Shown here: positions 13,301 to 28,900 of the stretch, one piece after another | Position numbering within the stretch: position 1 is the stretch's first letter | Layout: every line of letters starts with the position of its first letter | Origin: Eimeria praecox | Lineage: Eukaryota | NCBI GenBank assembly: GCA_963920595.1 | Contig: OY986948.1 | Coordinates: 2,480,001 to 2,544,000, forward strand | Length of the DNA: 64,000 bases | Direction of reading: 5' to 3' | The notes under the pieces: model-generated | What the model was told of the DNA's origin: nothing | Seen by the model: only the letters and a program-made list of their open reading frames with translations | Databases searched by the model: none | Program-made: the position numbers and the translations under genes

Positions 13301-15592
13301 CGCTCTTGGAAAATCGCAACTGACCTCTTTGTCAACAGCTGAGGGAACAACCGCCCTTTACACTTAACAAGTCCGCAAGTGCGCGACTGAGGAATACTGT
13401 ATGCCTAACACGCATGCGACCCTTTGAAATTTGGCCGGGCGCCTGCGGAGACTTGACTCACGAGCTGCGTCCAGTGCCTCCAAGTAACATCTGACCCCAA
13501 ATTAAGCTGTTTACCATCTCGTCTGAGCCACTAAATTCGCAGGCCCAGCCGCTGCTATGAGGAAATCCTGCTGCATGGATCCGCACTAATTATGCTTCGC
13601 CTTGGACGATTCAAAACACTTGCGCACCTGCCCTACCAACGCGCGTATATCAACGCCTGCCCGGCACACCAGGGTAAACAAACTGAATCACGCAGTTCCG
13701 TGTCACGTTCTGAGCACCTCAGCTCCGCAATACCATGCCCGACAAAGCCTTAGTACAAGCTGGTTCATCAAGCCACAGGCGCACACACGCACATGTATGT
13801 CAAGCAAAGCTCACACGCCAATTGGTGCAACTGCAGGAAATAGACCTGGCTTGACAGGCACCAAAACGCTGCCGCATATAAGCAGGAAATCCCGTTATGC
13901 ACAGGTAGGTATATCATGCGCAGCAAAGCTCGCTTCGCCAATGCTTGCGATCCCCCTTTCGCACAGATGCCTGTGAATGAGCTGGTCAGAAATCGAAGGG
14001 TCAAGCTGAAATTTAGGCTTGCCTTCAGGAAATCTCTACTCTGAACTAGGACCGCAGCCCTCACCTCACCACAATGCAGGTTATAGAGGCTGCCCAAACA
14101 TTGTGGTGACCAGGGCTGCATGCTGCAGATGCAATGCCTGATCTTCACGCTTTCACATTGCTTTAGGCACCGCCTGCATTCTTGAATCCTTTTGGAACGG
14201 TGGCAAATCCGCGACTCCCCGGCTACGTAATGCAGGTGACCCGCTCCAGACACCAACTCACTTTCTACAGTAACACAGCATTCGTGTAGGGGCATGCTCT
14301 GTCATGTGCTTTGACGTGCGCCCAACCAGTTATGCTTCCAGCGAACCGTTGGCGTTACGCTCAGCAGATGAAATCTACACTCATATCTCATGTACTCTCC
14401 ATCCAACTCGTCGAAGACGCCTTCGGCAAACCATCACGAAACGCTTTAACACTTGTGAGCGTACAGGCACTTCAACGTATATCTAGGCATATAACTAAGC
14501 ATCGTCCAGTCAGATATGCATGCAAAATAGGGGTACGTAGCAGCGCTCGGAAGAAAAGAAAACTCATTGTGACAGGCTATGCCTTGCCAGATTTTCGTTA
14601 GACCCTAACTCCTGCAAAGCTGCGCCGCAAAGCCTATCAGGCGGCATGCTGAGATTCTCTACAAATCCTTGTGCCTTCATCGCTGGCACACCAACTCACC
14701 ATCCGCCAAAATAATGCAGGGCAGTCTTGCAGAGATCGGCTGCAACTCCCAGCTTTACCATGCATCGCAGTTTGCAACTCACACAGCCAACCAACCAACC
14801 AACGGGGTAAACGCAAGCACAAATTGCGCCTGCTTGAGCCCTGCAATGCCGTCAGAGCATGCGTCCACACACTCGCTGTAAGGTCAGTCCAAGCTATGCG
14901 TCATGAAAGCTATCGCCAGGTTGTTGGTTCGTCCTCAATGCCGCATGTTTATATCCGTTCGCACAAGAGCGACAAACGGTATTGAGCTGAGCATGAACTA
15001 GCGGACTGTACGACCCAAAGCGTCATATCCTCCACTTCCACTGCTAGTCGTGCACACGGCCTTCTTAGTGGCGGGAGCTGCTATGGCCGAACGCCTGCCA
15101 ATAATGGAGGTAGAAATGAGTTTACACAATTGGAACGTGCCCAGCGTCCCGCGCAAGCCATTATTCATAGTGGAAGGCACGAACAAACAATGCTTGCGAC
15201 CAAGTCACAATGTCGTCTCCAGGGCCCTTCACAAGTCAAAAGTGAAGGGCACTAGTAAGCGGATTCGTGCTTCCTAGAACTACCAAGGGCCGCCTTGCTG
15301 TGAAGCATCGTAGTGAGCGACTTCCACTGTAAGTTGCCGACCCAGAAGAGCAAGCAGACAAGGAGCTGAGAAGAGCCTTTGAGAAAGCAGTGAGCAGTTC
15401 GGCGCAGAGCAACGCCAATGCTGTGGACAGGCCAGCAGATGCAGCATGCGCAGCTTAAAAAGGAGCCTTGTACCGTTGCCAAGGGTGTTAGTAGGATGCG
15501 CGGCAAGATTGAAGGACACGCCCATCGAAGTCCAAAACCTTCTCCGCGCGATTCCGATTCTTCACGCCAGTTTCGGGCCCGGCCATCTCGTA
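10400..15592. repeat. 5.2-kb unit 3 (5193 bp)
   Basis: Anchors 10593 to 15786. Confidence 0.97.
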
Positions 15593-18500
15593 AATTCCGT
15601 CTTCCCAATTCACTTCAAATTCCATCCTAATGGACTAACAACTCAAGCTGAAGCGGTACGGTCCTGCGTCTGATACTAATGCAGCCACTAGCTGGTTTAT
15701 ACAGCCGAGTTCCTCAGTACACCAACGCATTGAGGCGATACCAGCGTTACTTCGAGGCGCCACAAGCACCTTCAACTGCCTTCATATGAGGCTGCAAAAC
15801 AACATACATCCTGAAGGGCCGAGCAGAATTACCATGGTGACCGTTGCACACACTCTTGCAGATGAGGCGAACAGATCCCTCCTCAGTCAGCGTCTCAGCA
15901 CCACTGCAATATCACCGCACCTATCAGAACTGAATCGTCACCTCAACTTCTGCAAGCAGAGCATCTGCACGAAAAGGACGCTGTTAGAACATCGCACTGC
16001 GACCCTTCACCGGCAGAGCAGCGTACCTTCAACTTAGTGGTGAGCGATCAACGGCATTGTCGATGGTCTGAAACCCCCCTCTCTGCTGCTGCCATATATG
16101 CGCAGGGGCGCTAGATCAACATTAGTGGCGCCTGCAGCCCAATGTATTATACCTTTCTACTCAACTGGCGCAGCTGAGGCGGCCATGCAGGCGCGCTACT
16201 AGGATTCCGCCCTTAGTGCTGTCAGTGCTGTCTTTTGTTCTAGTCATCCAGCGTACCTCCTGCCCTTCTTCCCCTTACGCACGATAGCGAACGGTAGGGC
16301 GATCCTGGGGATCGTGAGATGGCAAGCAGCAACACTGAGAGGGGCACTGTAAATATGTGTCGGGCCCGCAACACTGCTGCGTGCAGAAGGTCCAGCCCCC
16401 AAGCAAGCATCGCTAACACACGCCAGCGGCACGTCGGACATGCACAACGGGCAACGGCACGCCCCCCTAGCCTTGCAGAGTTTCTAAAGGTCGCACAAAT
16501 TCTCACAGTACACACGGACGTGGCACCCAAGGACTAGTGGGCAGCCCACACGCTGCCCATTCCTGTCCGCTGGTTGCTTTGCAAGACGAAAGGCATGTCC
16601 TTGTCCTGTGATGCGTCAACCAGAGAAGCTGAACGACCATTTAGCAAAGACCGCACAAATCAAACAGATGCCCTACACCTCAGCTGAGACACACTGGAAA
16701 CTGAGCTCTCAATTCCCAGGGATCCTTTGGCCAAATCGCTAACGCGTACAAAGCCTAACAGCAGGGCCTGACTTTCCTTGGAATGCCTTTGAGTTGTGCA
16801 TTGTCCAAACGTGCCACGTAATCATCTTAGATCAATTACGCGGGAAACCTTGCATTGAGGCTTTTGACCGTCACCAGCAAATATGTGATGAGCAATGCCA
16901 GAAGGGGGAGCGCGCCTACTACCACAAAAACCTAAATGTCAGCCAAACAATCAAGAGAATTGAGCAGCCAGCAACCTCAAGAGCAGTGTGTATCTTCCTC
17001 ATCCTGATATCAACCGGCGTGCAAGTTGTATGTTGCCCCCTACCAATCCTCTCAAAATAGTCCTACTGCAGCCGCTGTCGTTGTTTACCAAAACTCAGCA
17101 TGGCGATGACGCACAATCTAAAACCTCATTGGACTAAGAAAGCCGCATTCAGTAGCTGACGCGTATTGAAAGCGAACAGGTGCGAAAAAAGACACACCGC
17201 CTTGCGTCCAGCCGACTTCTGTCGCATGCCTCATCCCAAGCACAAGGCCAACGTAAACCAACGGAAACAGCGGGGAGCATGCTATCGCTAGTCTAAACCC
17301 AAATATGCTTCTTCTGCTTCCCTACAAACTATTCCCTACAAACTAGCACTGATTCGCTCAAATTGCTCACCAAGCAATACGCTAGAAGCAAGCTAAACCG
17401 CAAAACGTACAACTGTTCCATACCGCCTACAGTGGTCCCTCCCTAACCCTGGAAAATGCGGGGGCACTCGTCCCGCACAAACAAGTAAATTAGCTTGCAT
17501 ATAAGAAGCCTCAAATCGGGTGGTTCCGCTTGCTCTCGACGCTGACGCCACAAGGAAAGCACTTCTCCACTTCGATAACTGAACCGATGCTCTCGCACCA
17601 AACTAAGAGCTCATGAACTGTCTCACTGAACTAGCTGACAACTAAGCACGGTGGGATCGAAAACATGGCCAGCAGCTTCCGGTTTGCTGTTTCAAACGGT
17701 TTCCGCCCTGCAACTAACAGTCAACCAAAGACGGCGAAGGGCAGCAACGTGCATGAGCTATTCAGCGCCTACTAATCAGTAGGTGCTCGTTGCATCTTGT
17801 GCATAGCGGCACCTAGACAAGTCCTCAAGCGAAATGGTACAAAATGCCTGATTGTGGCAGTTACGGCTTAATCTAAGTGCTTGCTTGCCGCATACGTACG
17901 TGCAACCAGCTTTCAACCTACACGTTTCCCTTAAACAACCAAACGTTCTCGCACCTCCTGCATCAGGGCATAGTTCCTACGATAATGACCGTGCTTCACA
18001 AGCGCTTGCTTGTTCGTCTGATGCCCTCCGGTGCTTCTCCCGGTCATCATCACCTCTCACACAAACGTAAAATAAGCAACTTGGCATACTAGCCTGCGTC
18101 TGCTCGCTTTACGGCCACACACATGTATCGGAACGGCTTCACGGCATCGCACCGCCAACACACCAGGGTAAACAAACTGAATCACGCAGTTCGGTGTCAC
18201 TTTCTGAGCACCTCAGCTCCACAATACCATGCCCGACAAAGCCGTAGCACTGGCTGTGAACAGGCAGGCATTAGCGGTAGGGGTGTTGCACAGACAAACT
18301 CTACAAAATGAGGCACGCCCAGATTCTGCCTCCGATTCTGCCCTGCGGCATTGTACAGGTGACAAACTACAAGGCCATCAACCAACAACGCTAAAGCCAC
18401 CCTAAGCTCCGACTCTGAAAATATCGGCTGCCAAAGTTGGACAAGCCACACCCTTGTTGCGGCCGCCGAGCGAGATCACAATTTGCTGGCTCTGCAATGC

Positions 18501-20717
18501 ATCTCGCTCTTGGAAAATCGCAACTGACCTCTTTGTCAACAGCTGAGGGAACAACCGCCCTTTACACTTAACAAGTCCGCAAGTGCCCGACTGACGAATT
18601 TTGTATGCGTAACAAGCATGCGACCCTTTGGAATTTGACCGGGCATCTGCGGAGGCTTGACTCACAGACTGCGTCCAGTGCCTCCAAGTAACATCTGACC
18701 CCAAATTAAGCTGTTTACCATCTCGTCTGAGCCACTAAATTTGCAGGCCCAGCCGCTGCTATGAGGAAATCCTGCTGCATGGATCCGCACTAATTATGCT
18801 TCGCTTTGGGCGATTCACAACAGTTGCGCACCTGCCCTACCAACGCGCGTATACCAACGCCCGCCCGGCACAAAAGCTGGTTCGTCAAGCCACAGGCACA
18901 CACACGCACATGTATGTCAAGCAAAGCTCACACGCCAATTGGTGCAAGTGCAGGAAATAGACCTGGCTTGACAGGCACCAAAACGCTGCCGCATATAAGC
19001 AGGAAATCCCGTTATGCACAGGTAGGTATATCATGCGTAGCAAAGCTAGCTTCGCCAATGTTTGCGATCCCCCTTTCGCATAGATGCCTGTGAATGAGCT
19101 GGTCAGAAATCGAAGGGTCAAGCTGAAATTTAGGCTTGCCTTCAGGAAATCTCTACTCTGAACTAGGACCGCAGCCCTCACCTCACCACAATGCAGGTTA
19201 TAGAGGCTGCCCAAACATTGTGGTGACCAGGGCTGCATGCTGCAGATGCAATGCCTGATCTTCACGCTTTCACATTGCTTTAGGCACCGCCTGCATTCTT
19301 GAATCCTTTTGGAACGGTGGCAAATCCGCGACTCCCGGGCTACGTAATGCAGGTGACCCGCTCCAGACACCAACTCACTTTCTACAGTAACACAGCATTC
19401 GTGTAGGGGCATGCTCTGTCATGTGCTTTGACGTGCGCCCAACCAGTTATGCTTCCAGCGAACCGTTGGCGTTACGCTCAGCAGATGAAATCTACACTCA
19501 TATCTCATGTACTCTCCATCCAACTCGTCGAAGACGCCTTCGGCAAACCATCACGAAACGCTTTAACACTTGTGAGCGTACAGGCACTTCAACGTATATC
19601 TAGGCATATAACTAAGCATCGTCCAGTCAGATATGCATGCAAAATAGGGGTACGTAGCAGCGCTCGGAAGAAAAGAAAACTCATTGGGACAGGCTATGCC
19701 CTGCCAGATTTTCGTTAGACCCTAACTCCTGCAAAGCTGCGCCGCAAAGCCTATCAGGCGGCATGCTGAGATTCTCTACAAATCCTTGTGCCTTCATCGC
19801 TGGCACACCAACTCACCATCCGCCAAAATAATTCAGGGCAGTCTTGCAGAGATCGGCTGCAACTCCCAGCTTTACCATGCATCGCAGTTTGCAACTCACA
19901 CAGCCAACCAACCAACCAACGGGGTAAACGCAAGCACAAATTGCGCCTGCTTGAGCCCTGCAATGCCGTCAGAGCATGCGTCCACACACTCGCTGTAAGG
20001 TCAGTCCAAGCTATGCGTCATGAAAGCTATCGCCAGGTTGTTGGTTCGTCCTCAGTGCCGCATGTTTATATCCGTTCGCACAAGAGCGACAAACGGTATT
20101 GAGCTGAGCACGAACTAGCGGACTGTACGACCCAAAGCGTCATATCCTCCACTTCCACTGCTAGTCGTGCACACGGCCTTCTTAGTGGCGGGAGCTGCTA
20201 TGGCCGAACGCCTGCCAATAATGGAGACAGAAGTGAGCTTAGACAATTGGAATGTGCCCAGCGTCCCGCGCAAGCCATTCTTCATAACCATTATTCATAA
20301 GGCACGAACAAACAATGCTTGCGACCAAGTCACAATGTCGTCTCCAGGGCCCTTCACAAGTCAAAAGTGAAGGGCGCTGGGTAGCGGATTCGTGCTTCCT
20401 AGAACTACCAAGGGCCGCCTTGCTGTGAAGCACCGTAGTGAGCGACTTTCACTGTAAGTTGTCGACCCAGAAGGGCAAGCAGACAAGGAGCTGAGAAGAG
20501 CCTTTGAGGAAGCAGTGAGCAGTTCGGCGCAGAGCAACGCCAATGCTGTGGACAGGCCAGCAGATGCAGCATGCGCAGCTTAAAAAGGAGCCTTGTACCG
20601 TTGCCAAGGGTGTTAGTAGGATGCGCGGCAAGATTGAAGGACACGCCCATCGAAGTCCAAAACCTTCTCCGCGCGATTCCGATTCTTCACGCCAGTTTCG
20701 GGCCCGGCCATCTCGTA
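15593..20717. repeat. 5.2-kb unit 4 (5125 bp)
   Basis: Anchors 15786 to 20911. An 87-bp deletion at ~18872 shortens the 124-aa ORF to 95 aa. Confidence 0.97.
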
Positions 20718-23700
20718 AATTCCGTCTTCCCAATTCACTTCAAATTCCATCCTAATGGACTAACAACTCAAACTGAAGCGGCACGCTCCTGCGTCTGATA
20801 GTAATGCAGCCACTAGCTGGTTTATATAGCCGAGTTCCTCAGTACACCAACGCATTGAGGCGATACCAGCGTTACTTCGAGGCGCCCCAAGCACCTTCAA
20901 CTGCCTTCATATGATGCTGCAAAACAACATACCTCCTGAAGGGCCGAGCAGAGTTACCATGATGACCGTTGCACACAGTCTTGCAGGTGAGGCAAACAGA
21001 TCCCTCCTCAGTCTGCGGCTCAGCATCACTGCAATATCACCGCACCTATCAGAACTGAATCGTCACCTCAACTTCTGCAAGCAGAGCATCTGCACGAAAA
21101 GGACGCTGTTAAAACATCGCACTGCGACCCTTCACCGGCAGAGCAGCGTACCTTCAACTGAGTGGTGAGCAATCAACGGCATCGTCGATGATTTGAACGC
21201 CCCGTCTCTGCCATATATGCGCAGGGGCGCTAGATCAGCATTAGTGGCGCCTGCAGCCCAATGTATTATACCTTTCTACTCAACTGGCGCAGCTGAGGCG
21301 GCCATGCAGGCGCGCTACTAGGATTCTGCCCTTAGTGCTGTCAGTGCTGTCTTTTGTTCTAGTCATCCAGCTTACTATCTGTCCTTCATCCCCTACGCAC
21401 GATAGCGAATGGTAGAGCAATCCTGCGGATCGTGGGACGGGAAGCAGCAACACTGAGAGGGGCACTGTAAATATGTGTCGGGCCCGCAACACTGCTGCGT
21501 GCAGAAGGTCCAGCCCCCAAGCAAGCATCGCTAACACACGCCAGCGGCACGTCGGACATGCACAACGGGCAACGGCAAGCCCCCCTAGCCTTGCAGAGTT
21601 TCTAAAGGTCGCACAAATTCTCACAGTACACACGGACGTGGCACCCAAGGACTAGTGGGCAGCCCACACCCTGCCCATTCCTGTCCGTTGCTTGCTTTGC
21701 AAGACGAAAGGCATGTCCTTGTCCTGTGATGCGTCAACCAGAGAAGCTGAACGACCATTTAGCAAAGACCGCACAAATCAAACAGATGCCCTACACCTCA
21801 GCTGAGACACACTGGAAACCGAGCTCTCAATTCCCAGGAATCCTTTGGCCAAATCGCTAACGCGTACAAAGCCTAACAGCAGGGCCTGACTTTCCTTGGA
21901 ATGCCTTTGACTTGTGCATTGTCCAAACGTGCCACGTAATCATCTTAGATCAATTACGCGGGAAACCTTGCATTGAGGCTTTTGACCGTCACCAGCAAAT
22001 ATGTGATGAGCAATGCCAGAAGGGGGAGCGCGCCTACTACCGCAAAAACCTAAATGTCAGGCAAACAATCAAGAGAATTGAGCAGCTCGCAACCTCAAGA
22101 ACAGTGTGTATCTTCCTCATCCTGATATCAACCGGCGTGCAAGTTGTATGTTGCCCCCTACCAATCCTTTCAATATAGTCCTACGGCAGCCGCTGTTGTT
22201 GTTTACCAAAACTCAGCATGGCCATGACGCACATTCTAAAACCTCATTGGACTAAGAAAGCCGCATTCAGTAGCTGACGCGTATTGAAAGCGAACGGGTG
22301 CGAAAAAAGACACACCTCCTTGCGTCCAGCCGACTTCTGTCGCATGCCTCATCCCAAGCACGAGGTCAGCGTAAACCAACGGAAACAGCGGGGAGCATGC
22401 TATCGCTAGCCTACACCCCAAATACGCTTTGTTCTGCTTCCCCACAAACTAGCACAGATTCGCTCAAATGGCTCACCAAGCAATACGCTAGAAGCAGGCT
22501 AAATCGCAAAACGTACAACTGTTCCATACCGCCTACAGTGGTCCCTCCCTAACCCTGGAAAATGCGGGGGCACTCGTCCCGCACAAACAAGTAAATTAAC
22601 TTGCATGTAAGAAGCCTCAAATCGGGGGGTTCCGCTTGCTCTCGACACTGACGCTACAAGGAAAAGCACCTCTCCACTTCGATAACTGAACCGATGCTCT
22701 CGCACCAAACTAAGAGCTCATGAACTGTCTCACTGAACTAGCTGACAACTAAGGACGGTGGGATCAAAAACATGGCCAGCAGCTTCCGGTTTGCTGTTTC
22801 AAACGGTTTCCGCCCTGCAACTAACAGTCAACCAAAGACGGCGAAGGGCAGCAACGTGCATGAGCTATTCAGCGCCTACTAATCAGTAGGTGCTGGTTGC
22901 ATCTTGTGCATAGCGGCACCTAGACAAGTCCTCAAGCGAAATGGTACAAAATGCCTGATTGTGGCAGTTACGGCTTAATCTAAGTGCTTGCTTGCCGCAT
23001 ACGTACGTGCAACCAGCCTTCAACCTACACGTTTCCCTTAAACAACCAAACGTTCTCGCACCTCCTGCATCAGGGCATAGTTCCTACGATAATGACCGTG
23101 CTTCACAAGCGCTTGCTTGTTCGTCTGATGCCCTCCGGTGCTTCTCCCGGTCATCATCACCTCTCACACAAACGTAAAATAAGCAACTTGGCATACTAGC
23201 CTGCGTCTGCTCGCTTTACGGCCACACACATGTATCGGAACGGCTTCATGGTATCGCACCGCCAACACACCAAGGTAAACAAACTGAATCACGCAGTTCG
23301 GTGTCACTTACTGAGCACCTCAGCTCCACAATACCATGCCCGACAAAGCCGTAGCACTAGCTGTGAGCAGGCAGGCATTAGCGGTAAGGGTTTTGCACAG
23401 GCAAACTCTACAAAATGAGGCACGCCCAGATTCTGCCTCCGATTCTGCCCTGCGGCACTACACAGGTGACAAACTACAAGGTCATCAACCAACAACGCTA
23501 AAGCCACCCTGAGCTCCGACTCTGAAAATATCTGCTGCCAAAGTTGGACAAGCCACACCCTTGTTGCGGCCGCGGAGCGAGATCACAATTTGCTGGCTCT
23601 GCAATGCATCTCGCTCTTGGAAAATCGCAAGTGACCTCTCTGTCAACAGCTGAGGGAACAACCGCCCTTTACACTTAACAAGTCCGCAAGTGCGCGACTG

Positions 23701-25902
23701 AGGAATACTGTATGCCTAACACGCATGCGACCCTTTGAAATTTGGCCGGGCGCCTGCGGAGACTTGACTCACAAGCTGCGTCCAGTGCCTCCAAGTAACA
23801 TCTGACCCCAAATTAAGCTGTTTACCATCTCGTCTGAGCCACTAAATTCGCAGGCCCAGCCGCTGCTATGAGGAAATCCTGCTGCATGGATCCGCACTAA
23901 TTATGCTTCGCCTTGGACGATTCACAACACTTGCGCACCTGCCCTACCAACGCGCGTGTATCAACGCCCGCCCGGCACACCAGGGTAAACAAACTGAATC
24001 ACGCAGTTCCGTGTCACGTTCTGAGCACCTCAGCTCCGCAATACCATGCCCGAAAAAGCCTTAGCACAAGCTGGTTCATCAAGCCACAGGCACACACACG
24101 CACATGTATGTCAAGCAAAGCTCACACGCCAATTGGTGCAACTGCTGGAAATAAACCTGGCTTGACAGGCACCAAAACGCTGCCGCATATAAGCAGGAAA
24201 TCCCGTTATGCACAGGTAGGTATATCATGTGTAGCCAAGCTCGCTTCGCCAATGTTTGCGATCCCCCTTTCGCATAGATGCCTGTGAATGAGCTGGTCAG
24301 AAATCGACGGGTCAAGCTGAAATTTAGGCTTGCCTTCAGGAAATCTCTACTCTGAACTAGGACCGCAGCCCTCACCTCACCACAATGCAGGTTATAGAGG
24401 CTGCCCAAACACTGTGGTGACCAGGGCTGCATGCTGCAGATGCAATGCCTGATCTTCATGCTTTCGCATTGCTTTAGGTTCTGCCTGGATTTTGAACCCT
24501 TTTGGGACGATGGCAAATCCGCGACTCCCCGGCTACGTAATGCAGGTGACCCGCTCCAGACACCAACTCACTTTCTACAGTAACACAGCATTCGTGTAGG
24601 GGCATGCTCTGTCATGTGCTTTGACGTGCGCACAGCCAGTTATTCTCCCAGCGAACCGCTGGCATTAGGCTCAGCAGATGAAATCTACACCCATATCTCA
24701 TGTACTCTCCATCCAAGTCGTCGAAGACGGCTTCGGCAAACCATCATGAAACGCTTTAACACTTGTGAGCGTACAGGCACTTCAACGTATAACTAAGCAT
24801 GTAACTAAGCATCGTCCAGTCAGAGATGCATGCAAAATAGGGGTACGTAGCAGCGCTCGGAAGAAAAGAAAACCCATTGTGACAGGCTATGCCCTGCCAG
24901 ATTTTCGTTAGACCCTAACTCCTGCAAAGCTGCGCCGCAAAGCCTATCAGGCGGCATGCTGAGATTCTCTACAAATCCTTGTGCCTTCATCTCTGGCACA
25001 CCAACTCACCTTCCGCCAAAATAATTCAGGGCAGTCTTGCAGAGATCGGCTGCAACTCCCAGCTTTACCATCCATCGCAGTTTGCAACTCACACAGCCAA
25101 CCAACCAACCAACGGGGTAAACGCAAGCACAAATTGCGCCTGCTTGAGCCCTGCAATGCCGTCAAAGGACGCGTCCACACACTCTCTGCAAGGTCAGTCC
25201 AAGCTATGCGTCATGAAAGCTATCGCCAGGTTGCTGGTTCGTCCTCAGTGCCGCATGTTTATATCCGTTCGCACAAGAGCGACAAACGGTATTGAGCTGA
25301 GCACGAACTAGCGGACTGTACGGCCCAAAGCGTCATATCCTCCACTTCCACTGCTAGTCGTGCACACGGCCTTCTTAGTGGCGGGAGCTGCTATGGCCGA
25401 ACGCCTGCCAATAATGGAGACAGAAGTGAGCTTAGACAATTGGAATGTGCTCAGCGTCCCGCGCAAGCCATTATTCATAGTGGCTGGTACGAACAAACAA
25501 TGCTTGCGACCAAGTCACAGTGTCGCCTCCAGGGCCCTTCACAAGTCAAAAGTGAAGGGCACTAGTTAGCGGATTCGTGCTTCCTAGAACTACCAAGGGC
25601 CGCCTTGCTGTGAAGCATCGTAGTGAGCGACTTTCACTGTAAGTTGTCGACCCAGAAGGGCAAGCAGACAAGGAGATGAAAAGAGCCTTTGAGGAAGCAG
25701 TGAGCAGTTCGGCGCAGAGCAACGCCAATGCTGTGGACAGGCCAGCAGATGCAGCATGCGCAGCTTAAAAAGGAGCCTTGTACCGTTGCCAAGGGTGTTA
25801 GTAGGATGCGCGGCAAGATTGAAGGACACGCCCATCGAAGTCCAAAACCTTCTCCGCGCGATTCCGATTCTTCACGCCAGTTTCGAGCCCGGCCATCTCG
25901 TA
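20718..25902. repeat. 5.2-kb unit 5 (5185 bp)
   Basis: Anchors 20911 to 26096. Confidence 0.97.
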
Positions 25903-28900
25903 AATTCCGCCTTCCCAATTCACTTCAAATTCCATCCTAATGGACTAACAACTCAAGCTGACGCGGTACGCTCCTGCGTCTGATACTAATGCAGCCACTA
26001 GCTGGTTTATACAGCCGAGTTCCTCAGTACACCAACGCATTGGGGCGATACCAGCGTTACTTCGAGGCGCCACAAGCACCTTCAACTGCCTTCATATGAT
26101 GCTGCAAAACAACATACCTCCTGAAGGGCCAAGCAGAATTACCATGATGACCGATGCACACACTCTTGCAGATGAGGCAAACAGATCCCTCCTCAGTCTG
26201 CGGCTCAGCATCACTGCAATATCACCGCACCTATCAGAACTGAATCGTCACCTCAACTTCTGCAAGCAGAGCATCTGCACGAAAAGGACGCTGTTAAAAC
26301 ATCGCACTGCGACCCTTCACCGGCAGAGCAGCGTACCTTCAACTGAGTGGTGAGCAATCAACGGCATCGTCGATGATTTGAACCCCCCTTCTCTGCCATA
26401 TATGCGCAGGGGCGCTAGATCAGCATTAGTGGCGCCTGCAGCCCAATGTATTATACCTTTCTACTCAACTGGCGCAGCTGAGGCGGCCATGCAGGCGCGC
26501 TACTAGGATTCTGCCCTTTGTGCTGTCAGTGCTGTCTTTTGTTCTAGTCATCCAGCTTACTATCTGTCCTTCATCCCCTACGCACGATAGCGAATGGTAG
26601 AGCAATCCTGCGGATCGTGGGACGGGAAGCAGCAACACTGAGAGGGGCACTGTAAATATGTGTCGGGCCCGCAACACTGCTGCGTGCAGAAGGTCCAGCC
26701 CCCCAAGAAAGCATCGCTAACACATGCCAGCGGCACGTCGGACACGCAGGACGGGCAAATGCAAGCCCTCGTATCCTTGCAGAGTTTCTAAAGGTCGCAC
26801 AAATTCGCACAGTACGCACGGACGTGGCACCCAAGGACTAGTGGGCAGCCCACACGCTGCCCATTCCTGTCCGCTGGTTGCTTTGCAAGACGAAAGGCAT
26901 GTCCTTGTCCTGTGATGCGTCAACCAGAGAAGCTGAATGACCATTTAGCAAAGACCGCACAAATCAAACAGATGCCCTACACCTCAGCTGAGACACACTG
27001 GAAACTGAGCTCTCAATTCCCAGGGATCCTTTGGCCAAATCGCTAACGCGTACAAAGCCTAACAGCAGGGCCTGACTTTCCTTGGAATGCCTTTCACTTG
27101 TGCATTGTCCCAACGTGCCACGTAATCATCTTAGATCAATTACGCGGGAAACCTTGCATTGGGGCTTTTGACCGTCACCAGCAAATATGTGATGAGCAAT
27201 GCCAGAAGGGGGAGCGCGCCTACTACCACAAAAACCTAAATGTCAGGCAAACAATCAAGAGAATTGAGCAGCTCGCAACCTCAAGAACAGTGTGTATCTT
27301 CCTCATCCTGATATCAACCGGCGTGCAAGTTGTATGTTGCCCCCTACCAATCCTTTCAATATAGTCCTACGGCAGCCGCTGTTGTTGTTTACCAAAACTC
27401 AGCATGGCGATGACGCACAATCTAAAACCTCATTGGACTAAGAAAGCCGCATTCAATAGTTGACGCGTAGTGAAAGCGAACAGGTGCGAAAAAAGACACA
27501 CCGCCTTGCGTCCAGCCGACTTCTGTCGCATGCCTCATCCCAAGCACAAGGCCAACGTAAACCAACGGAAACACCGGGGAGCATGCTATCGCTAGTCTAC
27601 ACCCAAATACGCTTTGTTCTGCTTCCCCACAAACTAGCACAGATTTGATCAAATGGCTCACCAAGCAATACGCTAGAAGCAAGCTAAATCGCAAAACGTA
27701 CAACTGTTCCATACCGCCTACAGTGGTCCCTCCCTAACCCTGGAAAATGCGGGGGCACTCGTCCCGCACAAACAAGTAAATTAACTTGCATGTAAGAAGC
27801 CTCAAATCGGGGGGTTCCGCTTGCTCTCGACACTGACGCTACAAGGAAAAGCACTTCTCCACTTCGATAACTGAACCGATGCTCTCGCACCAAACTAAGA
27901 GCTCATGAACTGTCTGACTGAACTAGCTGACAACTAAGCACGGTGGGATCAAAAACATGGCCACCAGCTTCCGGTTTGCTGTTTCAAACGGTTTCCGCCC
28001 TGCAACTAACAGTCAACCAAAGACGGCGGAGGGCAGCAACGTGCAGGAGCTATTCAGCGCCTACTAATCAGTAGGTGCTGGTTGCATCTTGTGCATAGCG
28101 GCACCTAGACAAGTCCTCAAGCGAAATGGTACAAAATCACTGATTGTTGCAGTTACGGCTTAATCTCAGTGCTTGCTTGCCGCATACGTATGTGCAACCA
28201 GCTTTCAACGTACACGTTTCCCTTAAACAACCAAACGTTCTCGCACCTTCTGCATCAGGGCATAGTTCCTACGATAATGACCGTGCTTCACAAGCGCTTG
28301 CTTGTTCGTCTGATGCCCTCCGGTGCTTCTCCCGGTCATCATCACCTCTCACACAAACGTAAAATAAGCAACTTGGCATACTAGCCTGCGTCTGCTCGCT
28401 TTACGGCCACACACATGTATCGGAACGGCTTCATGGTATCGCACCGCCAACACACCAAGGTAAACAAACTGAATCACGCAGTTCGGTGTCACTTACTGAG
28501 CACCTCAGCTCCACAATACCATGCCCGACAAAGCCGTAGCACTAGCTGTGAGCAGGCAGGCATTAGCGGTAAGGGTTTTGCACAGGCAAACTCTACAAAA
28601 TGAGGCACGCCCAGATTCTGCCTCCCATTCTGCCCTGCGGTACTACACAGGTGACAAACTACAAGGCCATCAACCAACAACGCTAAAGCCACCCTGAGCT
28701 CCGACTCTGAAAATATCTGCTGCCAAAGTTGGACAAGCCACACCCTTGTTGCGGCCGCGGAGCGAGCTCACAATTCGCTGGCTTTGCAATGCATCTCGTC
28801 CTTGGGAGATCGCAACTGACCTCTTTGTCAATAGCTGAGGGAGCAACCAACCTTTACACTCAACAAGTCCGCAAGTGCCCGACTGATGAATTCTGCATGC

